From positions 20,150-84,149 of the forward strand of contig MHMQ01000032.1 of assembly GCA_001819395.1 (NCBI GenBank): DNA of 64,000 nt, read 5' to 3'. The translations under genes were made by a program, and so were the position numbers. Numbering within the stretch: the first letter of the stretch is position 1; each line of letters starts with the position of its first letter. The notes beneath the pieces are model-generated. The model worked only from the letters and a program-made list of their open reading frames with translations. It was not told the DNA's origin and made no database searches. Source of the DNA: Candidatus Niyogibacteria bacterium RIFCSPLOWO2_01_FULL_45_48. GTDB lineage: Bacteria; Patescibacteriota; Minisyncoccia; HO2-45-28. Shown here piece by piece: positions 18,563 to 28,515 of the stretch.

Positions 18563-18998
18563 AATGTGGAAAATCCGGCTGAACAATCGATTCGAAACAT
18601 CCTCGCGGGCCGAAAATCCAGATTGCGGCATAGTCATCTTCTATGCCGTATTCTTGTCCCCAGCGCGTTGCTATTGTGTAAGCTTCAATTTCAGCGACGT
18701 TGCGGCACTCATATTTTCTTTTGTTGTAATCTTGGAGAAAATGGACTAGTTCGTGAAGCATCGTTCTTTGGTCCTTTAAATCTTTTGGGTTAAAATCTTT
18801 CGGTAAGTATAAAGTGTTTTTGTCGTAGCTTGCCCTGACTTCTTTGTGTATAGTTGAACCTATTACGCCGTATACGATTATTTTCATCGCCTCAGCGGTT
18901 CTATACTCAATTTTTGGCAGTTCGGACTTATCCTTTGGCAGATTGAAGTCTGTGCGCATACCCAACCAGACAAGCAATGACAGAATCAGTGCTTCCAT
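18561..18998 (-). CDS. Hypothetical protein with HExxH (zincin-like) motif
   Basis: MLHELVH...E.EAY; hydrophobic N-terminus; GGAGG SD. Confidence 0.7.
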   Translation of the reverse strand: MEALILSLLVWLGMRTDFNLPKDKSELPKIEYRTAEAMKIIVYGVIGSTIHKEVRASYDKNTLYLPKDFNPKDLKDQRTMLHELVHFLQDYNKRKYECRNVAEIEAYTIATRWGQEYGIEDDYAAIWIFGPRGCFESIVQPDFPH

Positions 18999-19034
18999 GG
19001 CGCCCTCCGTTTTTTTATTTTTGTCGGAGCGTTT

Positions 19035-19571
19035 TTACTTAACCGGCTGGAAAGTAAGGACACTGAAAATAAGAGCCGTGCTTAAGGTCATTAAAACGAG
19101 CTCACCCGCAATAAAACACCAGGCGATTTTTTTTGATTTCATGAACTTATCTTTTTCTTCCCAGCCCGCATCTTCTTTATATTCGGTTTTTCTAAAAGCG
19201 TTTACGCAGCTTACTGCCTCAATCCCGCCCAATATAGCATAACCAAAAGCCAGGATAAACAACATTAGCGGCAAGTAAGGCCAGAGCAAACTCGGTTTTA
19301 TAAACATTGACGCGACTATGGCCATGGAAGAAATGGCGATATGGGCGGAGCCGGTGTTTACGGCGTATTTGGTTTTTCCAACAGCCCACGCGAAGACACA
19401 GAGCGAAACGCCGATAATAATAAACGTAAATCCCAGCATCCATTCGTTTGAGATCGGGCCTAGCGCGTTTTCGAAATAAGTCCTGTTTTTCCTGACCCAG
19501 TCAAAAACAAAATAGAATGAGACCGGCATATAAACAGTTACAAGCGCGCCGACAACGAGCATCTTAAGCAC
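19035..19571 (-). CDS. Hypothetical multi-pass membrane protein
   Basis: 178 aa, about 5 TM; AGGAG SD. Confidence 0.7.
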   Translation of the reverse strand: MLKMLVVGALVTVYMPVSFYFVFDWVRKNRTYFENALGPISNEWMLGFTFIIIGVSLCVFAWAVGKTKYAVNTGSAHIAISSMAIVASMFIKPSLLWPYLPLMLFILAFGYAILGGIEAVSCVNAFRKTEYKEDAGWEEKDKFMKSKKIAWCFIAGELVLMTLSTALIFSVLTFQPVK

Positions 19572-19650
19572 GTTTTCTCCTTTGGAAAACAGCTTCTACT
19601 GTCAATATTAATCCTGGCGTGTCCTGGGCGCAATGGGTTAGAATTGTATT

Positions 19651-20883
19651 ATGAACAAGAGAGTCGCTGTCATAGTTGGCGGCGGGTTTGGCGGGGTAAG
19701 GGCGGCCTTGGACCTGTCGCGTCACAAGCATGATTTAAAAGTGGTTTTGGTTGACAAAAACGGATACCATTCGTATCCGGCCGACTACTATAAGCTTCTT
19801 TCGCCTTCGTCCGATCATAAAGAGCATTTCGGGCCAGCCAAATTCCGCCTGATGTTTTCAAGCGTTTCAATTCCTCTTCCTGAAATTTTTGAGGGCATTG
19901 AAAGCGTGGAAATTTTGACGGACGAAGCCGTGGGCTTCGATGTTCGCGCGAGCCTAGTCAAATTGGCCTCCGGCGGAGAAATAAAATACGACTGGCTTAT
20001 TCTTGCTCCGGGGTCGGTGACGAATTTTTACGGCGTGCCCGGCCTTAAGTCGCGTGCTTTGGAATTTAAAACAACGTCAGACTCACTGAATCTCCGCAAC
20101 GCGGTTGACGAGGTTTTTGAGCGAAAAGGAAAACGAGAGCCTATAAACATAGTTGTTGGCGGGGGAGGATTTACCGGATGCGAAGTGGCTTCGGAGCTTG
20201 TGGGGTATGCAGACAGTCTTTCGCGCATTCACGGCCATCCCAGAGACAGCGTTTATGTTTCAATAATAGAAGCTTCGCCGGTCTTGCTCGGGCCTTTAAG
20301 CGATTGGGCCAAGCGCAAGACGGAGGCGAGGTTAAAAAAACTTGGCGTTAAAATTTTTCTTTCCGACCCGATTATTGATGTTATGGATGGAGCATTGCGG
20401 CTAAAAAGCGGAAAAGAAATCCGGTTTGATGTTTTGGTTTGGGCCGCCGGAGTCAAAGCAAATTTTTTGGGCGAAAAAATTGAGGGAGCGGAGCTGGCCA
20501 AAGGATCGTGCTTAATGGTTGACGAATATTTAAGAGTCGGAAACCATGAAAATATTTTTGCCGTAGGCGATATCGCTTTTTGCGAAGGGTTTGATAAAAA
20601 GCCGATGCCGATGACCAGTCAGACCGCAGTATCGCAGGGGCAGTACGTCGCTTACTCAATCAAAAGACAGCTTCACGGCCGGAAAATTTTCAAATATCAT
20701 CCGAGGGAATCAAAATTTATCATGCCTCTCGGCGGTAAATACGCCATAACCGACTTGGGGTTCGTTAAAATTTCCGGATTTTTAGCGTGGTATCTTAAAC
20801 GTTTCGTGGCCCTGAAATATTTTTTAAGCATTTTACCCGCCACGAAAGCGTTTAAAGTTTGGTGGAGAGGGGCGAGGTTTTGA
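19651..20883 (+). CDS. ndh: Type II NADH dehydrogenase-like FAD oxidoreductase
   Basis: Two Rossmann motifs GGGFGG and GGGFTGCE; FAVGD. Confidence 0.85.
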   Translation: MNKRVAVIVGGGFGGVRAALDLSRHKHDLKVVLVDKNGYHSYPADYYKLLSPSSDHKEHFGPAKFRLMFSSVSIPLPEIFEGIESVEILTDEAVGFDVRASLVKLASGGEIKYDWLILAPGSVTNFYGVPGLKSRALEFKTTSDSLNLRNAVDEVFERKGKREPINIVVGGGGFTGCEVASELVGYADSLSRIHGHPRDSVYVSIIEASPVLLGPLSDWAKRKTEARLKKLGVKIFLSDPIIDVMDGALRLKSGKEIRFDVLVWAAGVKANFLGEKIEGAELAKGSCLMVDEYLRVGNHENIFAVGDIAFCEGFDKKPMPMTSQTAVSQGQYVAYSIKRQLHGRKIFKYHPRESKFIMPLGGKYAITDLGFVKISGFLAWYLKRFVALKYFLSILPATKAFKVWWRGARF

Positions 20884-20916
20884 TTTTGATTGCTTGGCGT
20901 GGTAATTTTAGCGCGT

Positions 20917-21651
20917 ATGGCCGAGCTTTTGGAGATAAAAAATTTAAGTTCGTCGGTTGACGGTAAAAATGTTTTAAACGGGGTTGATTTAGAGGTTGGC
21001 GGGGGAGAGGCGCATGTGATTATGGGTCCGAACGGTTCCGGGAAAAGCACATTGGCTTTGTGCGTTATGGGGCATCCGGCTCACAAAATTAAAAATGGTG
21101 ATATTTTTTTTGCCGGTCAAAAATTAAACAATTTAAAAACAGACGAACGAGCGCGTCTCGGTATTTTTCTTGGATTTCAAAACCCTCTTGCGCTTGAGGG
21201 GGTGAGTTTTTTTTCTTTAATGCAAGCGGCAAAAAATTCACAGGATGTTTTCGGTTTGAGAGACGAAATTGCGCAAAAATTTTCAAATCTGGGTCTTTCC
21301 GACGATTTTATAATGCGTCCGGTTAATGACGGCGCCTCGGGAGGAGAGCGAAAAAAACTTGAATTGGCCCAATCGCAAATGCTTTTGCCAAAGCTCGCCA
21401 TTTTTGACGAAATTGACACCGGTTTGGACGTTGACGCATTAAAAAAAATAGGAGAAGAAATTAGTGAGTTTAAAAATAACGGAACGGCCGTGGTTTTGAT
21501 AACACACTATCAAAGAATTTTAAAATATGTTAGACCGAACAAGGTTCATATAATGATGGACGGTAAAATTGTTAAAAGCGGCAACGCGGATTTAGCCGAG
21601 CGTATAGGCAAATCCGGCTATTCATACTTAAAATGTCCCATTCAAAACTAA
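20917..21651 (+). CDS. sufC: Fe-S assembly ATPase SufC
   Basis: [31 protein letters not shown]. Confidence 0.95.
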   Translation: MAELLEIKNLSSSVDGKNVLNGVDLEVGGGEAHVIMGPNGSGKSTLALCVMGHPAHKIKNGDIFFAGQKLNNLKTDERARLGIFLGFQNPLALEGVSFFSLMQAAKNSQDVFGLRDEIAQKFSNLGLSDDFIMRPVNDGASGGERKKLELAQSQMLLPKLAIFDEIDTGLDVDALKKIGEEISEFKNNGTAVVLITHYQRILKYVRPNKVHIMMDGKIVKSGNADLAERIGKSGYSYLKCPIQN

Positions 21652-23027
21652 ATTTTAAATACAAATACGGGTTTTTTGATAAAGAAAAGCCGGTGAGCGC
21701 TTTTCAGGCGGGGCTTTCTGAAAATGTTGTGCGGGAACTCTCGGGGATAAAAAGTGAAGACGGGTGGATGCGCGATTTTCGCCTTCGCGCGCTTAAAATT
21801 TTTGAGAGCAAAAAAATGCCCGAATGGGGAGCGGATTTGTCCGGCATTGATTTTAACAATGTCATATATTTTGTTCGCCCTGCCGAACGTCAAGGGATAA
21901 GCTGGGACGAAGTGCCCCCATACATCAAAAACACCTTTGAAAAATTGGGAATACCCGAAGCCGAAAGAAAATATTTGGCCGGAGTTTCGGCGCAATACGA
22001 TTCAGAGGTGGTATATCACAATATGAAAGGCGACTGGGAAAAGAAGGGCGTTATTTTTTGCGACACCGATACCGCGTATAAAAAATATCCCGAAATTTTT
22101 AAAAAATATTTTGGCTCAATCATTCCGCCAGCGGACAACAAGCTCTCGGCTCTTAATTCAGCGGTTTGGTCGGGCGGAAGTTTTGTTTATGTTCCCGCGG
22201 GCGTAAAAGTTGACGTTCCTTTGCAGGCCTATTTCAGAATAAATGCCAAGAATATGGGTCAGTTTGAGCGGACTTTGATAATTGCCGAAGAGGGTTCGTC
22301 GGTTCACTATATTGAAGGATGCACCGCGCCCAATTATTCAACCGCCTCGCTCCATTCCGCGGTCGTGGAAATAATCGCCAAAAAAGGTTCAAATGTGCGC
22401 TACACGACAGTACAAAACTGGTCCAAAAATGTTTATAATCTCGTGACCAAACGCGCGTTTGTGGAAGAAGAAGCGAATGTTGAATGGATCGACGGCAACA
22501 TTGGTTCTTGCGTGACGATGAAGTACCCCGGTGTTATTTTAAGGGGTAGAAAAGCGCGCGGTTCGGTTTTATCTTTGGCATACGCCGGGGAAGGCCAGCA
22601 TCAGGACGCCGGAGCTAAAGCCATTCATTTAGCGCCCGAAACTTCAAGCCGGATAATATCAAAATCGGTGGCATCCCTCGGGGGCAGAACAAGTTATCGT
22701 GGAATGGTCAAAATAATTAAAGGAGCCAAAAACTCCAAAAGCAAAGTTGTCTGCGACGCCCTTTTACTTGACGCAAAATCCCGTTCCGATACTTACCCGA
22801 CGATGGACATAAAGGAGCCGTCATCCGCCGTTGAACACGAGGCATCCGTTTCAAAAATAGGGGAGGATAAAATTTTTTATCTCGGCTCTCGGGGAATTAA
22901 AGAGTCGGACGCGACCGGCCTTCTGGTTTCAGGATTTTTAAGCGACCTGACCCGCGAGTTGCCGATGGAGTATGCGGCTGAACTTAACCATTTATTAAAG
23001 TTAGAGATGGAAGGAAGCGTAGGATGA
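21633..23027 (+). CDS. sufB: Fe-S assembly protein SufB
   Basis: [31 protein letters not shown]. Confidence 0.96.
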   Translation: MSHSKLNFKYKYGFFDKEKPVSAFQAGLSENVVRELSGIKSEDGWMRDFRLRALKIFESKKMPEWGADLSGIDFNNVIYFVRPAERQGISWDEVPPYIKNTFEKLGIPEAERKYLAGVSAQYDSEVVYHNMKGDWEKKGVIFCDTDTAYKKYPEIFKKYFGSIIPPADNKLSALNSAVWSGGSFVYVPAGVKVDVPLQAYFRINAKNMGQFERTLIIAEEGSSVHYIEGCTAPNYSTASLHSAVVEIIAKKGSNVRYTTVQNWSKNVYNLVTKRAFVEEEANVEWIDGNIGSCVTMKYPGVILRGRKARGSVLSLAYAGEGQHQDAGAKAIHLAPETSSRIISKSVASLGGRTSYRGMVKIIKGAKNSKSKVVCDALLLDAKSRSDTYPTMDIKEPSSAVEHEASVSKIGEDKIFYLGSRGIKESDATGLLVSGFLSDLTRELPMEYAAELNHLLKLEMEGSVG

Positions 23028-23028
23028 T

Positions 23029-23622
23029 ATGGAAATAATTGATTTAAATTCGGATATTGAAAAGAAAATAAGTTTGGTTCAAAACGAAGAAAAGTTTTTT
23101 GTCTGGCTTCTGGGGAGTGGGGGAAATTTTGACGGAAATTTTGTTTTTGATCTGGATGCCGAAGCGAGGTTGACGAACATTTTTTTATTTTCAGCAAATG
23201 ACGCCGATGATTTCAGGGTCAACATTTCGGTAAGACACCTCGGAGAAAATTCTTTTTCAAACACTTTTATTTATGGACTTGGGTGCGGCGCAGCCAAGTC
23301 CTCTGTTCTTGCCAAGGCGCGAATTGATAAAGGGGCAAAACATTCAAGCGCGTGGATTGAGGGCAGAGCGCTTTTGTTCGGCGATTCACAATGCCGTATT
23401 GACCCCCTGCTTGAGGTTGAAACATCGGAGGTTGAGCGCGCGGGACACGCGGCCGCGGTGTCCAAGGTTTCGGACGAAGAACTTTTTTATATGGCTTCCC
23501 GCGGTGTCGCGAAACTTGAGGCCGAAAAGTTAAAAAGCGAAGGATTTTTGTTCTCACCTCTTTTAAAATCGGGAGTTGGTTTTAAAGAAGCGCGCGAGAT
23601 TGTAAAATCGCTTATAATATAA
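23029..23622 (+). CDS. sufD: SufD-like protein (short)
   Basis: PLLEV...AGHAAAV...ELFYMASRG; position in the suf operon. Confidence 0.8.
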   Translation: MEIIDLNSDIEKKISLVQNEEKFFVWLLGSGGNFDGNFVFDLDAEARLTNIFLFSANDADDFRVNISVRHLGENSFSNTFIYGLGCGAAKSSVLAKARIDKGAKHSSAWIEGRALLFGDSQCRIDPLLEVETSEVERAGHAAAVSKVSDEELFYMASRGVAKLEAEKLKSEGFLFSPLLKSGVGFKEAREIVKSLII

Positions 23623-23627
23623 ATAAA

Positions 23628-24836
23628 ATGCCGCTCAATTCCGAAAAAGTTAAAAAAGACTTTCCGATACTAAAACGCGGAATTATTTATTTTGATAACG
23701 CCGCGACAACACAAAAGCCGCGAGTTTTGGCGGAAAGACTGGCTGAAAGATACGCAAAATCGCATGCCAATGTTCATCGCGGAGCTTATAAAATGGCCGA
23801 AGAAACTACCGAAGCGTTTGAAAACGCCCGCCAAAAAATCGCCGATTTTTTGAGCGCCGAAAGTTCCAAAGAGATTATTTTTACCAGAAATGCTACCGAG
23901 GCAATTAATCTTGTTGCTTATTCTTTCGGCAGGAAACTGAAAAGAGGCGACAGGATTTTAACTTGCGTTTCGGAACATCACTCAAATTTTGTCCCGTGGC
24001 TTCGCGTTGCCAAAGAGCGCGGTTTGAAGCTTGATGTTGTTGAACTGACGGCGAATCATAATTTTAATTTTGCCGATTTTAGGAAAAAATTAAACAAAAA
24101 AACAAAGTTGGTCGCAGTAGCGCATATTTCCAATGTTTCCGGATATATTTATCCGGTTGAACGTATTACGCGCGAGGCTCATAGAGTCGGCGCTTTGGTT
24201 TTGATTGATGGCGCGCAATCAGTCGGGCACATGCCGGTTAACGTCAAAAAAATCGGGTGCGATTTTTTTGCTTTCTCGGGCCACAAAATGCTTGGTCCCT
24301 CCGGTATAGGCGCACTTTGGGGAAGGGAGGAGATTCTGAAGAATATGGAGCCGTTTATGTCGGGTGGCGAGATGATTCGCGAAGTAACGCTTAAAAACGT
24401 GACATGGAACGATTTGCCGTGGAGGTTTGAGGCCGGAACTCCGAATATAGAAGGAGCGATTTTGTGGGGAGAGGCGATTGATTACTTAAAAAAAATCGGT
24501 ATGAAAAATATTGAGGCGTATGAGCGCGAGCTTTTGAAACATGCGCTTTTAAAAATGAAAAAACTGCCGTTTATCGATTTAATGAAAATGTTAGACCTAG
24601 GAGGTCGCACGGGGATAATTTCCTTTAATATCAAAGGCGTTCATCCTCATGACGCTTCAACCATGCTTGACCAATATGGAATCTGCGTTCGCGCGGGCAC
24701 CCACTGCGCCCAGCCGTTTATGAATCATTTGGGAGTGCCGTCAACACTGCGCGCGAGTTTTTATCTTTACAACACCAAGCGTGAAATTGACTACTTTATC
24801 CGCGCGCTTAAAGAAATTCATAAAAAATTTATCTAA
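23628..24836 (+). CDS. sufS: Cysteine desulfurase SufS
   Basis: DNAATTQKP, SGHKMLGP, RAGTHCAQP. Confidence 0.95.
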   Translation: MPLNSEKVKKDFPILKRGIIYFDNAATTQKPRVLAERLAERYAKSHANVHRGAYKMAEETTEAFENARQKIADFLSAESSKEIIFTRNATEAINLVAYSFGRKLKRGDRILTCVSEHHSNFVPWLRVAKERGLKLDVVELTANHNFNFADFRKKLNKKTKLVAVAHISNVSGYIYPVERITREAHRVGALVLIDGAQSVGHMPVNVKKIGCDFFAFSGHKMLGPSGIGALWGREEILKNMEPFMSGGEMIREVTLKNVTWNDLPWRFEAGTPNIEGAILWGEAIDYLKKIGMKNIEAYERELLKHALLKMKKLPFIDLMKMLDLGGRTGIISFNIKGVHPHDASTMLDQYGICVRAGTHCAQPFMNHLGVPSTLRASFYLYNTKREIDYFIRALKEIHKKFI

Positions 24837-24868
24837 AAATCTGTTCTAATATTCTTGAGAATTTGAGA

Positions 24869-25279
24869 ATGAATGATATATATCAGGAGTTGATAATGGA
24901 GCATGCGAGAAATCCGAGAAATGTCGGAGTTATTCGAGGTGCCAAGAAAATTTTGGCTAAAAATCCTTTTTGCGGAGACGAAGCGGAGATTTATTTAAAA
25001 ATTAAAAACAACAAGGTCATTGACATAAAATATCAGATTCAGGGGTGTATTTTATCTCGCGCTTCGCTCTCAATTTTTTCGGAATATATTAAGGGAAAGT
25101 CTACAAGCGCGGTCTCAAAAATCAAAGACGAAGATATTTTCAAAATGATCGGCGGCACCCCCTCACCCTCCCGCCAAAAGTGCGTTTTATTTGGATGCGA
25201 AGCAATTCATGCTAATTTAGATACATGGCCGAAGAAAAACCCATCGACAAGACTCATGACAAGAAGATCGCAAAAATAG
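24869..25279 (+). CDS. sufU: SufU/IscU-like scaffold
   Basis: NPRN, NPFCGD, GCILS, RQKCV. Confidence 0.85.
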   Translation: MNDIYQELIMEHARNPRNVGVIRGAKKILAKNPFCGDEAEIYLKIKNNKVIDIKYQIQGCILSRASLSIFSEYIKGKSTSAVSKIKDEDIFKMIGGTPSPSRQKCVLFGCEAIHANLDTWPKKNPSTRLMTRRSQK

Positions 25280-25479
25280 AGATTGACCGCGAGCTTTGCA
25301 CGGGAGCCGCGAGCTGCGTTGCCATAGCGCCCGGGGTTTTCGCGTTAGATAAAGAAAATAAGGCCTTTGTTGTTGATAAAGACGCGGCAGACCCGGAAAC
25401 CATACTTAATGCCGCAAAATCCTGTCCGACCAAAGCCATTGTTTTGTTTGATGAAGATGGAAAACAAATTTTTCCTTAG
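25225..25479 (+). CDS. Ferredoxin (single-cluster type)
   Basis: CTGAASC...SCPTKAI. Confidence 0.85.
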   Translation: MAEEKPIDKTHDKKIAKIEIDRELCTGAASCVAIAPGVFALDKENKAFVVDKDAADPETILNAAKSCPTKAIVLFDEDGKQIFP

Positions 25480-25559
25480 TTTTTTATTGATCTTGACTAA
25501 GCCGAAAAACAATACAAGTATTTAAACAGATTCGGCTTATAGAAAAACCGGAGGCAGGG

Positions 25560-26501
25560 ATGGAAGTCGCGGTTGGTTTTGCCTTAAATCCCGAACTTGT
25601 CGTTGAATACGACAGCAAACAGGGACCGCCCAACGCCAAATTGAAAATTTTGTCCACCGCCGTTCAGACAGCCGGTTCATCGGCCAATGTCGCTACTGCT
25701 CTTCATAAACTCGGCAGGCAGCCACATCTTTTTGGCTTGGTTGGCGCGTACGGCGAATATGTTGAGGATATTTTGCTTAAACATGTTTCGCAATCTTTGG
25801 ATTTTGAATGGACGCCGATTCCCGCGCTTAATCGCACGGGTTTTGCCTTACTGCGTGTTGATCGCGCTAATCCCTCCGAAAAAGTAATTGGACGGAGAGG
25901 CGAGGTTCTTAAAAATAAAACGGAAGAAGGGCGTTGTTTGATTCGCAGTTGTGGTATTCATGATTCTGTCATCCGCGTTGCTACCGGAGTCAGCATTTCC
26001 GAAGTTCCTTTGGCTCTTGCGCTATTTGAGCGGGGCCAAACTATTCTTACGCCAAACGCCGAACTTTTAAATCATCTCGAGGAGTTCCACCGCTTGCTGG
26101 CTCGCACATCTATTCTGGTTTGGAATGAAAACGAAGCTGACCAGTATCTTAGATCGCAAGGCATAAAGAAAACCAGACGTTTTAATATTCACTTCATTGG
26201 TCTCAGAGCTATTATAACGACAATGGGAAGCAGGGGCGGAAAAATTCAGGTTGATGGATGGGCCGAGCGTTTGTTCTCGACTCAAAGGCCGACTGGACGC
26301 ATCTTGAGCACTCAAGGGGCGGGCGACTGGTTTTTGGCCGGATTTATAACGGCCATGCTCGAATCAGGGGAGAGGCTTTCTTCTTTAGCCAATCCGCCGG
26401 AGAGTTTGATGGACTGGTGCGTGTTTGGAGCCAAGGTTGCCGCAAAAAAGCTTTCGTTTTTAGGGTCTGGACAAGGTCCATCGCGAGGAGACATAGAGTA
26501 G
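25560..26501 (+). CDS. PfkB family kinase (divergent)
   Basis: AGSSANVA, NENEA, STQGAGDWF; GGAGG SD. Confidence 0.8.
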   Translation: MEVAVGFALNPELVVEYDSKQGPPNAKLKILSTAVQTAGSSANVATALHKLGRQPHLFGLVGAYGEYVEDILLKHVSQSLDFEWTPIPALNRTGFALLRVDRANPSEKVIGRRGEVLKNKTEEGRCLIRSCGIHDSVIRVATGVSISEVPLALALFERGQTILTPNAELLNHLEEFHRLLARTSILVWNENEADQYLRSQGIKKTRRFNIHFIGLRAIITTMGSRGGKIQVDGWAERLFSTQRPTGRILSTQGAGDWFLAGFITAMLESGERLSSLANPPESLMDWCVFGAKVAAKKLSFLGSGQGPSRGDIE

Positions 26502-26522
26502 CGCATTTATTTTTAATAAAAT

Positions 26523-26547
26523 AAAGCCTCCCAAAAGGGAGGTTTTT
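26523..26547 (+). terminator. Intrinsic terminator
   Basis: AAAGCCTCCC-AAAA-GGGAGGTTTTT. Confidence 0.65.
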
Positions 26548-26586
26548 GGTTGCCATCTTAAAAATTAAGATTTATCATATTTAAAT

Positions 26587-27213
26587 ATGAAACACGAATT
26601 GCTAAAATTGCCATACGATTATTCGGCGCTTGAGCCATATATTGATTCCAGAACGATGGAGATTCATCACTCCAAGCATCATCAGGCGTATGTTGACAAA
26701 TTAAACGCGGCGCTTGAAGCCCACCTTGATTTGCAGGAAAAATCGGTTGAGGACTTGCTGAAAGATTTAAACTCCGTTCCGGAAGATATTCGAACGGCGG
26801 TTCGCAACCACGGCGGAGGGCATTACAACCACTCTATTTTTTGGACATCAATGGATTCGCCGACAAAGGTTGCTGTGACGGGCGGAAGCCGGGAGCCCGC
26901 AGGCGCGATTGGCGACGCAATAGACAAAGAATTCGGCAGATTTTCTGACTTCAAAGAAAAGTTCGCAGCGGTCGCGGTTGGCGTTTTCGGAAGCGGTTGG
27001 GCGTGGCTTGTGAAAGATAATTTGGGCAAGCTTATAATTATATCAACTCCAAATCAGGATAGCCCCGTGTCGCAAGGCCTTGCGCCGCTTCTTGGCATTG
27101 ATGTCTGGGAGCACGCTTATTATTTGAAATATCAAAATCGCAGGGCGGAGTATGTTGAAAATTGGTGGAATGTTGTGAATTGGGAGGAGGTTGGAAGGAG
27201 GTTTGTGGTATAG
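26587..27213 (+). CDS. sodA: Fe/Mn superoxide dismutase
   Basis: [23 protein letters not shown]. Confidence 0.95.
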   Translation: MKHELLKLPYDYSALEPYIDSRTMEIHHSKHHQAYVDKLNAALEAHLDLQEKSVEDLLKDLNSVPEDIRTAVRNHGGGHYNHSIFWTSMDSPTKVAVTGGSREPAGAIGDAIDKEFGRFSDFKEKFAAVAVGVFGSGWAWLVKDNLGKLIIISTPNQDSPVSQGLAPLLGIDVWEHAYYLKYQNRRAEYVENWWNVVNWEEVGRRFVV

Positions 27214-27214
27214 T

Positions 27215-27417
27215 TTGCAAGAATAACAATTCACTTTCTTATGACGGCGCTTCGAATCTTAAAAATTATGGTCGTTTTGTTCGCGAAAAATTAGCGCGAT
27301 ACCCCGTTTGCCCTCTTGCTTCGCAAAAAGTTTTCCGACCGCGATTTTTCGCTCCAAAACTCCCTAATTTTAAAATATTCTCCGCGAGTCAACGAAAGTG
27401 AATTGTTATTCTTGCAA
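27215..27417. mobile_element. 203-bp MITE-like long hairpin element with 24-bp perfect terminal inverted repeats
   Basis: TTGCAAGAATAACAATTCACTTTC (27215-27238) / GAAAGTGAATTGTTATTCTTGCAA (27394-27417); imperfect pairing continues inward. Confidence 0.65.
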
Positions 27418-27423
27418 TAAAAT

Positions 27424-27645
27424 ATGGAATCACGCATAAAAGAAATTTTGGATAAAGAAGTGAGGCCAATGCTCGCGATGCATCTGGGCGATTTGGAGTT
27501 TATGGGATTTGAAAACGGCGTTGTGAAGTTAAGAATGAAAGGCAACTGCCAAGGGTGTCCGTTGAGCATCGTCACACTTAAAGCGGGCATTGAGCGAATT
27601 TTAAAATCCAAAATTCCGGAGGTTCAAAGCGTGGAGGAAGCATAA
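27424..27645 (+). CDS. NifU/Nfu family Fe-S carrier
   Basis: VRPML...G...GNCQGCP...TLKAGIE. Confidence 0.88.
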   Translation: MESRIKEILDKEVRPMLAMHLGDLEFMGFENGVVKLRMKGNCQGCPLSIVTLKAGIERILKSKIPEVQSVEEA

Positions 27646-27698
27646 AAAACAAAAACCCGTCGCTTTGCGGCGGCGGGTTTGAAAATTCTCGCTAAAAA

Positions 27699-28424
27699 CT
27701 ATTCTTCTCGTCCCATTCCCTTGAAAATTGCTTCGTAGTCCGGCTCCTGTCGGGCTTTCGCGATCGGGGCGTATTTTTCTTTCCAGTATCCCACGCGGTT
27801 CCAGAAATTCTGGGACATCAGGAACTCGCGGTGGGATTTGTACATATCCGGAGGAAGATCGGGAATTTTGAACCAGCCGGATCCCGATATCTCTTTTCTA
27901 TAAGATTTTCGCGGTACTCCCTCCGCGCAGGTGAAGCACAAGAAGTATACGGTGTCAACCTCTTTGTCTATTTTAACCCTTCCGAAAACATCCCTCACAA
28001 CTTTTCCATCATCGTTTCTTAAGGGGTACTTTCTCACGAAACGGAAACGCTCGAGAACTTCTATTTCTTCTTTCTTTATTCCCGATTCGTCATGCGCCTC
28101 AACACCGGCTTTGTCCAGAAGCATGGCGTTCCTCATTTCTTCGCTGAGGCCGAGCCAAATTCTCATCGAGTCGCCGTCCAAGTTTCCCAGGTTCGCCAGC
28201 TCTTTTTTCAGCCCGGAGCCCTGATAAATTAAACGCGTTCGTCCCTTTTTTTGATCGTCGCGAAGTTTGGTTACCAGGTCTCTTATGGTTGTTCTGCCCT
28301 GCGTAAATCCCCATCCGCTTTGTTTGCCGCCGTATGAGTTGTTTTTCACCAGCAATATTTCTTCAAATGAGGGTTTAAACAGGATAACCCCGGCAGTTAT
28401 GTGTTCAAGCAGTATCTCCACCAT
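27699..28424 (-). CDS. Nudix-fold protein with inserted segment
   Basis: AGVIL...ILLV...WGFTQG...EAHDESGI...VYFLC...EISGSGWF; ATG 28424 preceded by GGAGG. Confidence 0.65.
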   Translation of the reverse strand: MVEILLEHITAGVILFKPSFEEILLVKNNSYGGKQSGWGFTQGRTTIRDLVTKLRDDQKKGRTRLIYQGSGLKKELANLGNLDGDSMRIWLGLSEEMRNAMLLDKAGVEAHDESGIKKEEIEVLERFRFVRKYPLRNDDGKVVRDVFGRVKIDKEVDTVYFLCFTCAEGVPRKSYRKEISGSGWFKIPDLPPDMYKSHREFLMSQNFWNRVGYWKEKYAPIAKARQEPDYEAIFKGMGREE

Positions 28425-28515
28425 TCTGTTCCTCCGGTTCGGGTTTGTTGACAAGAATCTATTTTCGTCTATAATTATATATATAAACGAATAAAAAGTC
28501 AAGCTTTTTGAACGT

